The position numbers were made by a program, and so were the translations under genes. From assembly GCA_048938855.1 (NCBI GenBank), contig JBHLLT010000012.1:22297-86296 (forward strand): a stretch of DNA of 64,000 bases, in the 5' to 3' direction. A model generated the notes under the pieces. The model was not told the origin of the DNA. It made no database searches and was given only the letters and a program-made list of their open reading frames with translations. This document shows positions 18,653-29,219 of the stretch, piece by piece. The number at the start of each line of letters is the position of its first letter. Position 1 is the first letter of the stretch. The stretch is from Promethearchaeota archaeon (GTDB lineage Archaea > Asgardarchaeota > Lokiarchaeia > Sigyniarchaeales > SOKP01).

Positions 18653-19831
18653 ATGGTTCTAGACGATATTTCTCATATTATAAAAGAAACTGCAGAAGAT
18701 TGCCCAATTTATAAAAAGTTATGCGAAAAGGTTGAGTATGACTTTGATACAACATTAAAAGAATCTAATTTAGGTGAAATTCCATATATACCTTGGAATT
18801 TCTTTAAACTTTCAAATTATAAATTTAGAGACCTATTAAGAGGTAATTCTTTCGAAAATTTAAAATATTGGATGGAGTCTTCCTCTACATGTGGAGATCC
18901 TAGTATTGTTGGAAGACTTGAAGGTGATATTGAAGTTTTAAAGGCTAATTATAACATAGTTTTCAATTCTTTTTCATGTAAAGAAGAAGTTAATAATCTT
19001 ATTTTATTTGCCCCCGGAATGCGAATCATTAATAAAATAAGACACAATTTTTACAAAAAGGACGCATTTCTCCTATATAAAAGTATAGTTGATATATGGG
19101 AAGGGAAGCATATCAATTATCTATTACAATTTTTTTTGGGGAGAACAATTTGGAAAATGATGACAACCTTTAAAGCTCGAGCAGTGATTGGTATAAATGG
19201 TAAATTGTTAAAAGACGAATTAAATCGAGTTGAAAGAGACAAACTTCCCACAATTATGGCTAATTCTCCATTGTGGATGCACAAAATACTCAAAGATTAT
19301 CATATTAAAGAAAAAAGAACTTTTGATCTAAGTGATAGTCTATATATCATTACTGGAGGTGGTGGTTGGGATGGCATTAAAGGTCGTGTTAAGTTGGGAC
19401 ATCATGTAAATAAGCCAGATTTTGTTAAACAAATGTGTGATATGTTTAATATAACTCCAGATAAATTTTGTGATAATTTTGCAGCTACAGAAAGCCCAAT
19501 GGCATGCGGGGGTCATTGGTCAAAGTACTATAATGATTTCTTACTTCATGTTAATAAGGATCAAGGTCGGATTGTGGTCCGAGATATTCAAACATCAGAG
19601 CCTATTAAAAAAACAGGAGAACCTGGTCTCTTAGAATTGATTACGCCTTATGGAGTAGAAAGTTATGCTGGAGTATCGGTTCTGCTAGATGATATTGTTC
19701 AAGTAGAAAATTGGGAAAGATGCCCTGAATGTGGTCGTGAAGGGACGATTTTTAGGGTATTAGGTCGTTTAACTCCATCTATTGGAAAGGGGTGCAGTTC
19801 ATTATTTTCACTTGATGCATATAATTTGTAA
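18653..19831 (+). CDS. LuxE/PaaK-like acyl-protein synthetase
   Basis: ESSSTCGDPS, TGGGGWDG, FAATES, LLDDIV, FRVLGR...GKGCS C-terminal Cys. Confidence 0.75.
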   Translation: MVLDDISHIIKETAEDCPIYKKLCEKVEYDFDTTLKESNLGEIPYIPWNFFKLSNYKFRDLLRGNSFENLKYWMESSSTCGDPSIVGRLEGDIEVLKANYNIVFNSFSCKEEVNNLILFAPGMRIINKIRHNFYKKDAFLLYKSIVDIWEGKHINYLLQFFLGRTIWKMMTTFKARAVIGINGKLLKDELNRVERDKLPTIMANSPLWMHKILKDYHIKEKRTFDLSDSLYIITGGGGWDGIKGRVKLGHHVNKPDFVKQMCDMFNITPDKFCDNFAATESPMACGGHWSKYYNDFLLHVNKDQGRIVVRDIQTSEPIKKTGEPGLLELITPYGVESYAGVSVLLDDIVQVENWERCPECGREGTIFRVLGRLTPSIGKGCSSLFSLDAYNL

Positions 19832-20158
19832 AGCAAAAATCAAAATAGTATTAAGTACCAGTATTTATTTTAAAAAAATGTTCTTAGATTTATTATTTGA
19901 TTTATTAAACATTCTTTAATGAATTGAAAATCGATTATTCAAAATATTATCTTTTTTTTATTTACTATATATATCCAGTTTTAATTCCTATAAGACTAAA
20001 AATATTTTTCATTTTTTAGGTTAAATTTGTAAAAGAATGATCTATTTGAAGAAAATTATAGTTCATCTTTATACCATTTACCTATTAATAGCCAGTCTAT
20101 ACTCCGGTTACATAGGGAATATTATTCTACAATTTAATTATAAAGACGAGTTGATTTT

Positions 20159-21184
20159 ATGAGAAATAATAATATAAAAATGTTAGCTTTGGTTTTCCTA
20201 GGATTTTTGTTCTTTACTATAAGTTCGGGAACAGTAGCAGCGGTTACTGATGATGATTCAGATGGTATTGATGATGGATTCGAAGATAAACATGAACGAG
20301 ACATCACAACCGAAATAGATGAAAATACAATAACTATAGAGTCAATTTTGCGATCTGCAGATGGAAAAAACAAGATACAATTTGAAATTAGCAATGAATC
20401 GGATGGTCTTAGCATTAGAGTTGAATTTACACCTAATTACGTCTCAGATTCAAATACTTCACAGATTAAATTAGAATTTGGAGTGACTTTTAGAGAAATC
20501 GTCGAATATGTTGATTTTAACGCAGATGGGGTATTTACTGAATCAATTGATGAGAAAATTGATAGTTATTCTTTAGATGACTTTAAAGTGCCTATATATT
20601 CTATTCATGATATTTCATTAGACACTAAAATGCATCATATTGTTTTTACAACTTCTGATGAGGTATTTACTGCTCACATCTATTTTGTTGAGGAATTTGA
20701 AATAATCAATGATACACTAATTACTCCAAGTGAAACTAAAATCGATATTGAGATCAAGAATTACAATTATCTTAATGATACTTCCCAATTAGCATTATAC
20801 ACGAAATTAGATTCGGAAGTAAATTATGAGATGAAAGATAGCACTGAAGATGAGGAATTGGGATATGCTGAAGATGAAAGCAGTACTTATACTACAATGA
20901 ATTCATTTAAAGGGTTTTTTAGTTGGAAAGAAAATGCTACTGTTGATGGTTTGGTTAAAGATGTATTAGTTAGTCAAATCGAAGACGATGATTTTGAACC
21001 TAATGAACAAAAAATTTATCTAAATTATCCAAGAGGTACTCTAATTTATCATGATCCAAAAATTGGGATAGGTTTGCCTTTAGCATCTCAAATTCCTGGT
21101 TATTCAGTTTTAATCATTGGATTAGTAGGTGCCCTAGGAATTACCGGAATTATTTATGCCATAAAGAAGAAACAAAGAATTTGA
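20159..21184 (+). CDS. Secreted acidic surface protein with Ca-binding DxDxDG motifs and a Loki-CTERM-type anchor
   Basis: Signal peptide, DDDSDGIDD, DFNADG, YHDPKIG, then IPGY-TM-KKK tail. Confidence 0.75.
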   Translation: MRNNNIKMLALVFLGFLFFTISSGTVAAVTDDDSDGIDDGFEDKHERDITTEIDENTITIESILRSADGKNKIQFEISNESDGLSIRVEFTPNYVSDSNTSQIKLEFGVTFREIVEYVDFNADGVFTESIDEKIDSYSLDDFKVPIYSIHDISLDTKMHHIVFTTSDEVFTAHIYFVEEFEIINDTLITPSETKIDIEIKNYNYLNDTSQLALYTKLDSEVNYEMKDSTEDEELGYAEDESSTYTTMNSFKGFFSWKENATVDGLVKDVLVSQIEDDDFEPNEQKIYLNYPRGTLIYHDPKIGIGLPLASQIPGYSVLIIGLVGALGITGIIYAIKKKQRI

Positions 21185-21319
21185 TTAATAAATAATTTTT
21201 TTTTTATTTTTTAAGTATGATTTTTAACGTTTTCAACCGATATCGACAAATATCTATTTAAATATATCTTTTAATAAAATATAAAGAAAATTCTTAAAAA
21301 AAAACAAAAATGCTATAAT

Positions 21320-22612
21320 GTGAAGTTTAAAATGAAAAAGAGAAGACTTTTCTTTAGTATCTTTTTTCTAGGAATAATCTTATTCAATTTAAGTGTTGCT
21401 ACAGTTATAGCATCAGATGATGATTTTGATGGAATCGATGATAAATATGAAGCTGTGAATAAAAGAAATATAACAATAAATTTCTCAAGTGACGAATTCA
21501 AATTGGATTCACTTTTAAGAACTGGAAACCATAGAGATAAAATTAGCATTGGTGTCAATTATGATAATAATGGAATTGAAATAGAACTCCAGTATAATCC
21601 AAAAACTGAAGGAGGTAATAATGAATTAAATTTCTCTATCTCCTTTCAAAAATTGATAGAATTTGTTGATATGGATAGCGATGGTATTTATGATAATTCA
21701 ACGGACCAAACACTTAAAGAAGTTGATATCCAAGATTTTAACAAAATCAACTATTCTCAATTTGTATTATCGCCAAATACAATATTACATTATATCAAAC
21801 TAAGTACAAAGGATGGAATTTTTAAAACACATTTCTTCTTTTCTGAAGAATTCACAACCATTAATAACAGTCTAATTACACCCACTGAATCAAAAATAGG
21901 TATAGAGATTAATGACTTCAATTATACAAATGGATCATCCCAACTGGCACTCTATGTTAAGTTGGAATCTGAAGCAAAATATGAAGAGAAGGAGGAAACT
22001 GAAGATGAGAGTCTAGGTTTTGCCTTTAATGAGACTTCAGTTTTCACATCAAATGCAAGTAGAGTTGGATTTTTATCATGGAAAAAATCAGCTATAGTTG
22101 ATGGGAATGAGAGTCAGATATTAGTTTCACCCATTCAGGTTGATGACGACGATGAATCTGAACAAAAAATTTATGTTAATTATCCGAGAGGTCAAAATAT
22201 TTACCACGACCCAAAATTAGGAGTCCAAGGAATACTACAATCAATTCTTAATCCCCCCTTTCCTTTTGCTTTAACTATAATAATTGTTATTAGTCTTGCA
22301 TTAAGCATTGGTGTTAGTTACGCTGTATATCACTATACAAAAACAAATGTTGCTAGTGTATTTCTCTCAAATGAGAAAAAGAAACAACTTGAAAAAAATC
22401 GACGAAAGAATTTTGGATATCCTAAGGATAAAATTGAACAAATGTTATCTAATCCTCAATTAACATCTGTTTCGCCTGACTTCTTTAAACAAGTGGATCT
22501 TTTGGAATTAGACATTAAGGACAAAGATGAATTTATTAAAGAAATGTTAGCTCTTAATCCTTTTGAACGTAAATTGATAATGAGAGAAATGATTAAAAAA
22601 TCTAAGAAATAG
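21320..22612 (+). CDS. Paralog of the upstream surface protein, single-pass, with a C-terminal cytoplasmic helical domain
   Basis: Shares DDD.DGIDD, LITP.E.KI.IEI, SQLALY.KL.SE, EQKIY.NYPRG..IYHDPK.G; TM followed by about 90-aa tail. Confidence 0.78.
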   Translation: MKFKMKKRRLFFSIFFLGIILFNLSVATVIASDDDFDGIDDKYEAVNKRNITINFSSDEFKLDSLLRTGNHRDKISIGVNYDNNGIEIELQYNPKTEGGNNELNFSISFQKLIEFVDMDSDGIYDNSTDQTLKEVDIQDFNKINYSQFVLSPNTILHYIKLSTKDGIFKTHFFFSEEFTTINNSLITPTESKIGIEINDFNYTNGSSQLALYVKLESEAKYEEKEETEDESLGFAFNETSVFTSNASRVGFLSWKKSAIVDGNESQILVSPIQVDDDDESEQKIYVNYPRGQNIYHDPKLGVQGILQSILNPPFPFALTIIIVISLALSIGVSYAVYHYTKTNVASVFLSNEKKKQLEKNRRKNFGYPKDKIEQMLSNPQLTSVSPDFFKQVDLLELDIKDKDEFIKEMLALNPFERKLIMREMIKKSKK

Positions 22613-22638
22613 CAGATATAAACTTCGGTTAGGAAAAC

Positions 22639-23307
22639 ATGTCGGTTGATTTACTCCCACAAGAGAGAGTGGTTTTAGAGATTGTACAAAACTATTTAAG
22701 TAAAAACCGGCAGTTTGACATTGATGATATAATTCCTTATATTAGTTATTATCTTAGAAGAACTTCTAATAAACTTAATTATAAAGGAATTAAATCAGTC
22801 TTAAAGTCTTTAGTTAAAAAAAATTTCCTTGTTGAGGGTTCTAAATTAACTAATGATGATGTCTTAAAAAATGAAAAGCGTAAAAAAATATATCATCATA
22901 TTTTAACAAAACCTGGAATTTATTTTTCTAGACTTGTTAATGATTTAGGCTTTAGCACTCATGTGGTAGTATGGCATCTCAATATTTTAATTAAGTTTAA
23001 CTTTATAAAGAAGAGAATATTCAACAAACACGAAATATACTTTGATTCTAATGTTGATATAACAGATGCCAAATTTAGTTTTTACATCTCTCATGATAAA
23101 AGTCAAAATATTATTCAATATCTCCACCAAAATAATATCGGATTAACAAAAACTAAACTTTCAAAAGCTCTTAAAATGCATCCTAATACACTTTCAAAAT
23201 ATTTGCTAATTCTTGAAAGATTAGAAGTAATATTAAAAGAAAAAATAGATAATAAAATTTTATTTTTTGTAAATGAAAAATTGTTACCACAAATTATTCA
23301 TCATTAA
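22639..23307 (+). CDS. Multi-winged-helix transcriptional regulator
   Basis: RKKIYHHILTKPGIYFSRL..VWHLNIL and GLTKTKLSKALKMHPNTLSKYL wHTH units. Confidence 0.8.
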   Translation: MSVDLLPQERVVLEIVQNYLSKNRQFDIDDIIPYISYYLRRTSNKLNYKGIKSVLKSLVKKNFLVEGSKLTNDDVLKNEKRKKIYHHILTKPGIYFSRLVNDLGFSTHVVVWHLNILIKFNFIKKRIFNKHEIYFDSNVDITDAKFSFYISHDKSQNIIQYLHQNNIGLTKTKLSKALKMHPNTLSKYLLILERLEVILKEKIDNKILFFVNEKLLPQIIHH

Positions 23308-23493
23308 AGCCCTAAGAATTATTTTACATCATTAATTGTCTTTATAAGTATGGAATAAATCAACACCATACATTATTAGAGATCTTGTCAAAATATTACA
23401 TATTAAAAAATGGGCTCCATTTTTTTCTTAAACAATTTCAAATATTTTTTAGTATAGATATAATCTTATTACATTTTTCTATAAATGTCTTAA

Positions 23494-24573
23494 ATGGCTA
23501 GAACGAATAAATCTGCACTTAGAAAAGTAGGATTTCCTCTTTTAATTGTAGTTTTTGGAATAGCAGGAGTTTTCCCTGGAGCTCTACTAATACTGAGAAT
23601 AAACTCTAATGAATATTGGACGAATATAGCTCCGGAACTTGCACGAATGGATTCAAGCGTGTTAGATAATATGATCTATGATGTTGAAAATAATTATTAT
23701 GGAGTTTATAGTATTCTTGTAATAAGAAATGGTTTTATCGTAAAAGAATGGTATGATACATTCGCTAGTCGTGATTATCTATTTCGTTTATACTCCGTTT
23801 CAAAGAGTGTGACCTCAATTTTAGTAGGAATTGCACTCGATAAGGGGTATATTAGTAGTCTTGATGAGTTAGTTCTCGACTATTTTCCTGATAAAGACAT
23901 TGCGAATGTCGATGCTCGAAAGGAGGCGATAACAATTGAGCATTTATTAACTATGACTACAGGACTATATTGGCCTGAGTATTATCCTTATGAAGATCAT
24001 AGAAATCCATATAACACTTGGAAAGCAAGCGAAGATCATGTAGAATTTGTACTTAATAGAACAATGATTGCTGCTCCCGGTGAAACTTTTAATTACAATA
24101 CTGGTGCTACTCATTTACTATCAGCAATAATACAAAGAGCTACTAACATGTCTACATCTGATTTCGCAGATCAATATTTATTTGGACCATTAGGTATTGA
24201 GCATTCGAATTGGTTGCAAGATCCGCAAGGAGTATCATGTGGTGGTGATGGATTATTTCTAAGAACTCGAGATATGGCTAAATTGGGTTATCTTTTCCTT
24301 AAAGGAGGGATATGGGGAGATAGACAGATTGTTTCAGATAGTTGGGTTAGAAAGTCAACCAGTCCTTTAATATATTTAGATATAAATAGTGGATATGGCT
24401 ATCAATGGTGGGTCAATCCTTATAGTAACTGTTATCGGGCATTAGGTTATGGGGGCCAGCAAATTAATGTATATTATACCAGAGACTTGCTCATAATGTT
24501 CACTGGTATGAATCTAAGTTTTGATTTTAACTCGTATTTAATTTATAATTATATTTTACCAGCTTTGTTATAA
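23494..24573 (+). CDS. Serine hydrolase, beta-lactamase class C/NylB-like family, membrane-anchored
   Basis: SxxK (SVSKS), LLTMTTG, PGETFNYNT, GYGGQ. Confidence 0.9.
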   Translation: MARTNKSALRKVGFPLLIVVFGIAGVFPGALLILRINSNEYWTNIAPELARMDSSVLDNMIYDVENNYYGVYSILVIRNGFIVKEWYDTFASRDYLFRLYSVSKSVTSILVGIALDKGYISSLDELVLDYFPDKDIANVDARKEAITIEHLLTMTTGLYWPEYYPYEDHRNPYNTWKASEDHVEFVLNRTMIAAPGETFNYNTGATHLLSAIIQRATNMSTSDFADQYLFGPLGIEHSNWLQDPQGVSCGGDGLFLRTRDMAKLGYLFLKGGIWGDRQIVSDSWVRKSTSPLIYLDINSGYGYQWWVNPYSNCYRALGYGGQQINVYYTRDLLIMFTGMNLSFDFNSYLIYNYILPALL

Positions 24574-24591
24574 ATAAAGGGTGTTATAAAA

Positions 24592-24984
24592 ATGGTAGAA
24601 ATGACAAAAAACTTGAAAATATTGTTACTAATTAACGCCATTATAGGTTTAGGTTTTGCTTTCTTTTACTTGGCTATTCCATTTTGGTACCTCTCTCTGA
24701 TTCAATGGCCTTTTTTCGATCCATACTATTCATGGGCATTTGGGGGAGTATTTTTAATAATTTCTAGCTTTATCCTTTTCGTATTAAAAAAGGATGATTG
24801 GCACAGGGGGAAAACCGTATTTGAAATTACGATAGCTTGGGAAATACTAATTTTAGTCCTAAATGTTATATCTTTGATTTTTATCCCCGCACCACTAGAT
24901 TCTATAATTACTACTTGGATCTACAATATAGTATTTATCATATTAATTGTTATCAATCTTAAATTTTATAGTAAAAAACTGTAA
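24592..24984 (+). CDS. 4-TM hypothetical membrane protein
   Basis: Four hydrophobic segments. Confidence 0.75.
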   Translation: MVEMTKNLKILLLINAIIGLGFAFFYLAIPFWYLSLIQWPFFDPYYSWAFGGVFLIISSFILFVLKKDDWHRGKTVFEITIAWEILILVLNVISLIFIPAPLDSIITTWIYNIVFIILIVINLKFYSKKL

Positions 24985-25035
24985 AACTGTTATAACTTTT
25001 TTAGGATAACATATAGTATAGTACGCTAGTTTTTA

Positions 25036-25926
25036 GTGGGAAAAATGAGATGGAACACAAAAATAACAAGGATGACTGGAATTCAATATCCCATAATTAT
25101 GGGTGCTTTTATGGCAATAGGGAGAGCGGAATTTGCAGCATCATTTTCAAATGCAGGAGGATTGGGAATCCTCACAGCGATCAATTTTAAAACTGTTAAT
25201 GATTTTCAAGAAGAAATTGCAAAGATGAAAAAATTGACAAATAAGCCTTATGCTGTCAATTTTTCAATTATGCCTACTCAAATTATTGAAAAAACTGGAA
25301 GAGGAAGAACAGAAGAATCCTATCTTGATTATGTAGACATTGCTATTGATGCAAGCGTTAAAGTTTGTACTACTTCTGCCTATAAAGTTGCGAAAATTGG
25401 GAAAAAATTACATGATGCTGGTTGTTATTGGTTTCACAAGTGTGCCACAATTAAGCATGCGATATCCGCTGAAAAAGCAGGTGCAGATGCTATAACAATT
25501 GTAGGCCTTGAAGGAACCGGATTTAAAAATCCAACGCAAAATACTACTCTCGTTAATATAACTATGGCAAAAAAGATGTTGAAGATCCCTATTATAGCAG
25601 CGGGAGGAATAGGAGATGCTAGAGGCTTTCTAGCAGCTCTTGCTATGGGCGCTGATGCTGTATGTTTTGGAACTGCGATTATACCCACATTTGAAAGTCT
25701 CGCTTCAAATAATTGGAAGAAAGCTATAATTAAACAAGATATATTTGATGAAAAATTCTATAAAAAAATCTTTCATTTCCAATTAAAAGATTCTCCAATA
25801 GGATCTATGGCTGCGGGCCATTGTGATAAAATAATGTCTTTGAAAGAATTTATTGAACGTATCACATCAAACGCTGAAAAAATCCTTCAAAAATGGGGTT
25901 TTCAGGGAAATGAGTTTTCTACATAA
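25036..25926 (+). CDS. Nitronate monooxygenase / FabK-like FMN oxidoreductase
   Basis: YPIIMG, SNAGGLG, PIIAAGGIGDARG..AALAMGADAVCFGT. Confidence 0.88.
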   Translation: MGKMRWNTKITRMTGIQYPIIMGAFMAIGRAEFAASFSNAGGLGILTAINFKTVNDFQEEIAKMKKLTNKPYAVNFSIMPTQIIEKTGRGRTEESYLDYVDIAIDASVKVCTTSAYKVAKIGKKLHDAGCYWFHKCATIKHAISAEKAGADAITIVGLEGTGFKNPTQNTTLVNITMAKKMLKIPIIAAGGIGDARGFLAALAMGADAVCFGTAIIPTFESLASNNWKKAIIKQDIFDEKFYKKIFHFQLKDSPIGSMAAGHCDKIMSLKEFIERITSNAEKILQKWGFQGNEFST

Positions 25927-25981
25927 TAAAAATATGGATTCTTTTAAATTTAGAGTCTTTTTAATCTCTAATAAATTACCG

Positions 25982-26803
25982 TTAGATAAAAAAATCTTGA
26001 TAAAGTTCAGCTTTAGGATCAACCGAATATTTTTTTAAATCAGTAATTCCGTGTTCAATAAGAATATCTTCATCAATAAAGAAATTTCCTGTACATTCTG
26101 TGCTTTTCTTTGTAAGGATAAAGTAAGCAGCATCAGCTACAATCTCTGGTTTTCTTGAGTGTTTAATTGCTGAATGCCCTCCTAGTAAATTTTTAACTGC
26201 TGCCGTAGCTATTGGAGTACGAGGCCATAAAGCATTTACTGCAATCCTGTTTTTTTTGAATTCTTCTGCCATACCAAGTACGCACATACTCATTCCATAT
26301 TTAGCAATTGTGTAGCCCACATTATTTTTAAACCATTTTGAATCTAAGTTTAGGGGTGGGGAGAGATTTAAAATATGAGGATTGTTAGATTTCTTTAAAT
26401 AAGGGATACATAATTTTGAGCATAAAAAGGTTCCCCGTACATTAACATTAATCATTAGATCAAATCGTTTCAGTTCGAGTTCTAAAGTAGGGGACAAATT
26501 TATCGCACTAGCATTATTTATAAGGATATCAATACCCCCGAATTCTTTGATTGTCATATCAACAGCTCTTTTGACTTGTTTTTCAAATCTAATATCTGTA
26601 ATACAAGGGAGGGCATTACCTCCAGCAGAGATAATTTCTTCTACGGCAGTAAACACAGTTCCAGGTAATTTTGGATGTGGTTCTTTGGTTTTTGCGACCA
26701 CAGCTATATTAGCTCCATCTTGAGCAGCTTTTATGGCAATAGCTTTTCCAATCCCTCTACTAGCACCAGTTATGAAAAGAGTTTTGTTTTTTAATGATGT
26801 CAT
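25982..26803 (-). CDS. Short-chain dehydrogenase (HSDL2/AtuG-like)
   Basis: TGASRGIG, KT..PHPKLPGT, NNASAI, YTIAK catalytic motif. Confidence 0.92.
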   Translation of the reverse strand: MTSLKNKTLFITGASRGIGKAIAIKAAQDGANIAVVAKTKEPHPKLPGTVFTAVEEIISAGGNALPCITDIRFEKQVKRAVDMTIKEFGGIDILINNASAINLSPTLELELKRFDLMINVNVRGTFLCSKLCIPYLKKSNNPHILNLSPPLNLDSKWFKNNVGYTIAKYGMSMCVLGMAEEFKKNRIAVNALWPRTPIATAAVKNLLGGHSAIKHSRKPEIVADAAYFILTKKSTECTGNFFIDEDILIEHGITDLKKYSVDPKAELYQDFFI

Positions 26804-26933
26804 TTCATATCGTCTAATTTTATTTATAAAGTCTTGATTTATTACCTTGTATTTTTACCAATCTTTTATATTTTATAGTAATAAAACATAAGAAAAAGCT
26901 TTAAAGTCATTTCATAATCTTTGATTAATAAGA

Positions 26934-27398
26934 ATGGCAGATTTAAATCCCGAGAAATTGCATGTTGTTTATCAAGACTCGGTTGATGCTGATAAATTAG
27001 TTTTACCTCGGAAATATACGTTAACTCATTCAGATTCTACAGGAGATCTTTTCCTTACAATAGGTTCCGAATATGATCTCGAGCAAACTTCAAAACGTTA
27101 CACTAAGTTTATGAGAGATGAAGTATTAGCTGAGTGGCAAAAAAAGAATGATCATTATGAATTACATTTTTATCTGCATGTTAGTGGAGGTTTTTGTTTT
27201 GGTTGGGCGGGATTACGAGATAGAATTTTCCGATATCATCTGCCACTTGTTTTTCAAGCCATTAGATATGGAGATAAAGAATTAATTGACTCTTTGCCAG
27301 TAATTCAAAATTCACCAATTTTTGTTCACTTTCAGTCTAAGAATAAAAAGTATAATAAAATTGAAAATTTTGGAATAGTTAGAGACATTAATTATTAG
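26934..27398 (+). CDS. Staygreen (SGR, Mg-dechelatase-like) family protein
   Basis: LPRKYTLTHSDSTGDLFLTIG, RDEVLAEW, HVSGG, R..IF...LPL. Confidence 0.9.
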   Translation: MADLNPEKLHVVYQDSVDADKLVLPRKYTLTHSDSTGDLFLTIGSEYDLEQTSKRYTKFMRDEVLAEWQKKNDHYELHFYLHVSGGFCFGWAGLRDRIFRYHLPLVFQAIRYGDKELIDSLPVIQNSPIFVHFQSKNKKYNKIENFGIVRDINY

Positions 27399-27509
27399 AA
27401 ATTATAAATTCAAGCTGCTCTAAATTTAATTTTTATAACTACAAGCAATAAGCTTTTTGATAAAATATTAACAGAGCGTACATAAGCTTTAATTTTTATA
27501 ATAAGTTAT

Positions 27510-28118
27510 ATGGATGAAATAAGTAATTTGGTAGAGCAAGGATATAATAAAATCGCTGAAGATTATTATAACCACAGGGATTTAAATAAATTTAATAATG
27601 AGTTAGAAGAATTTGCTTCGCTACTCCCAAAAAATGCTCACGTATTGGATGTGGGATGTGGTGCGGGAATTCCAACTGCAAAATTCTTAATTAATAGAGG
27701 AATTAAAGTAACTGGGATTGATTTATCTGATAAAATGTTAAGTCTCGCACGAGTGAATGTCCCTAGTGCTGAATTTATCAAAATGGATATAAACCAATTA
27801 AAATTTGAAGAGAATACTTATGATGGGATAGTAAGTGTATATACTCTGTTTCATGTGCCCAGAAATAACCATATACAGATCTTTAAAAAGTTCTTTGAAA
27901 TATTGAAACCAGGAGGGATATTATTGATAAATACAGGTATTTCAGAATCAGAAGGAAAAAGCTACTTTTTTGGAGTACCTATGTTTTGGAGTAACTATAA
28001 TCCAAAAACAACTCTAGAACTTGTAAAAAAAGCTGGGTTCTCAATTATATTTGAAGGTGTTCTGGAAAGAGGTGGAGAATATCAATATTGGATTTTTGGT
28101 AAAAAGATAAAATCATAA
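27510..28118 (+). CDS. Class I SAM-dependent methyltransferase
   Basis: VLDVGCGAGIP, GIDLS, LKPGG. Confidence 0.9.
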   Translation: MDEISNLVEQGYNKIAEDYYNHRDLNKFNNELEEFASLLPKNAHVLDVGCGAGIPTAKFLINRGIKVTGIDLSDKMLSLARVNVPSAEFIKMDINQLKFEENTYDGIVSVYTLFHVPRNNHIQIFKKFFEILKPGGILLINTGISESEGKSYFFGVPMFWSNYNPKTTLELVKKAGFSIIFEGVLERGGEYQYWIFGKKIKS

Positions 28119-28331
28119 TTTTCCTTTAGCAATTAAAATGTTTTCAGATTTTTGTTGTACACATTGAAGAAATCCAATAATTGCTTTAAAAATTTCAAGT
28201 TTTCCTCTTATTAAAGTGAAAAATCTAGGAATGACTAATTATTAATTTAAAAATCTTAAACTAATAAAATATATAGAAAATAATTTAATGATAGTCTTTA
28301 TGAATAAAATCTAAAATAAAAACATAAAATA

Positions 28332-29138
28332 ATGATTATAATGGAAGATAGAATTGATTCTGAAATAACATTTCCTTATTTACGACGATTCAATTTAATT
28401 ATGGGCATCTTACACCTTATTCAAGCAAGTCTAATGTTGACCTTAGCATTAGTAATTCCTCAAATCAGAGATTTTGAGCTCCCAATTACCACTGCATTTT
28501 TGGAATATATTGATCCTCCTGGTATCTTAGCTCCAAATTATACTCAATTAACTACTATTCCTATAGGTCCAATTGTTTCCTCATTTCTGTTTATTTCGTC
28601 AATTGCTCATTTCCTAATCGTATTGCCACGCGTGAATGATTTTTATAACGAAAAACTGAAACAAGGAATCAATTATTTCCGGTGGTTTGAATACGCTTTA
28701 AGTTCATCTGTAATGATTGTATTAATTTCAATGTTTTTTGGTGTGTATGACTTAGGAAGTTTAATTGTAATTTTTGCTATCAATGCTACTATGAATTTAA
28801 TGGGATTAATGATGGAAATACACAATCAAACAACTGAAAAAACAAGATGGACTGCTTTTTACATTGGGGTTTTTGCAGGGATTATCCCTTGGGTGATAAT
28901 TTTAGTATATTTATTCGGTAATGGGAGTTTTGGTGAAATTCCGTGGTTTGTTTGGGCAATTTTTGGCTCTTATTTCTTTTTCTTTAATACATTTCCAATT
29001 AATATGATCTTGCAATATAAAAAGAAAGGGAAATGGCGAGATTATTTATATGGAGAAAGAGGATATATCCTTCTTAGCTTAATTTCAAAAACTCTGTTAG
29101 CATGGCTAGTATTTGCTGGAGTATTACAGCCAGCATAA
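28332..29138 (+). CDS. Heliorhodopsin
   Basis: LRRFN..G.LHL.Q, AHF, RWFEYALSSS.M (counterion Glu), YILLSLISK.LLAW (SxxxK retinal Lys). Confidence 0.96.
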   Translation: MIIMEDRIDSEITFPYLRRFNLIMGILHLIQASLMLTLALVIPQIRDFELPITTAFLEYIDPPGILAPNYTQLTTIPIGPIVSSFLFISSIAHFLIVLPRVNDFYNEKLKQGINYFRWFEYALSSSVMIVLISMFFGVYDLGSLIVIFAINATMNLMGLMMEIHNQTTEKTRWTAFYIGVFAGIIPWVIILVYLFGNGSFGEIPWFVWAIFGSYFFFFNTFPINMILQYKKKGKWRDYLYGERGYILLSLISKTLLAWLVFAGVLQPA

Positions 29139-29219
29139 TTTTGTTAATTTTCAATAATCTTTTTTTTTATATATTTCTACACAGCAAAGTTTTAATTTAA
29201 AGTACTAAATCAAAAAATC

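Noticed and set aside
18653-19831. Bioluminescence (lux) operon
   Set aside because: No luxA/B/C/D neighbours in the window
15829-24573. APH-like and beta-lactamase-like genes as antibiotic resistance determinants
   Set aside because: Only superfamily motifs are visible; these families are mostly generic kinases and esterases, and there is no mobile context
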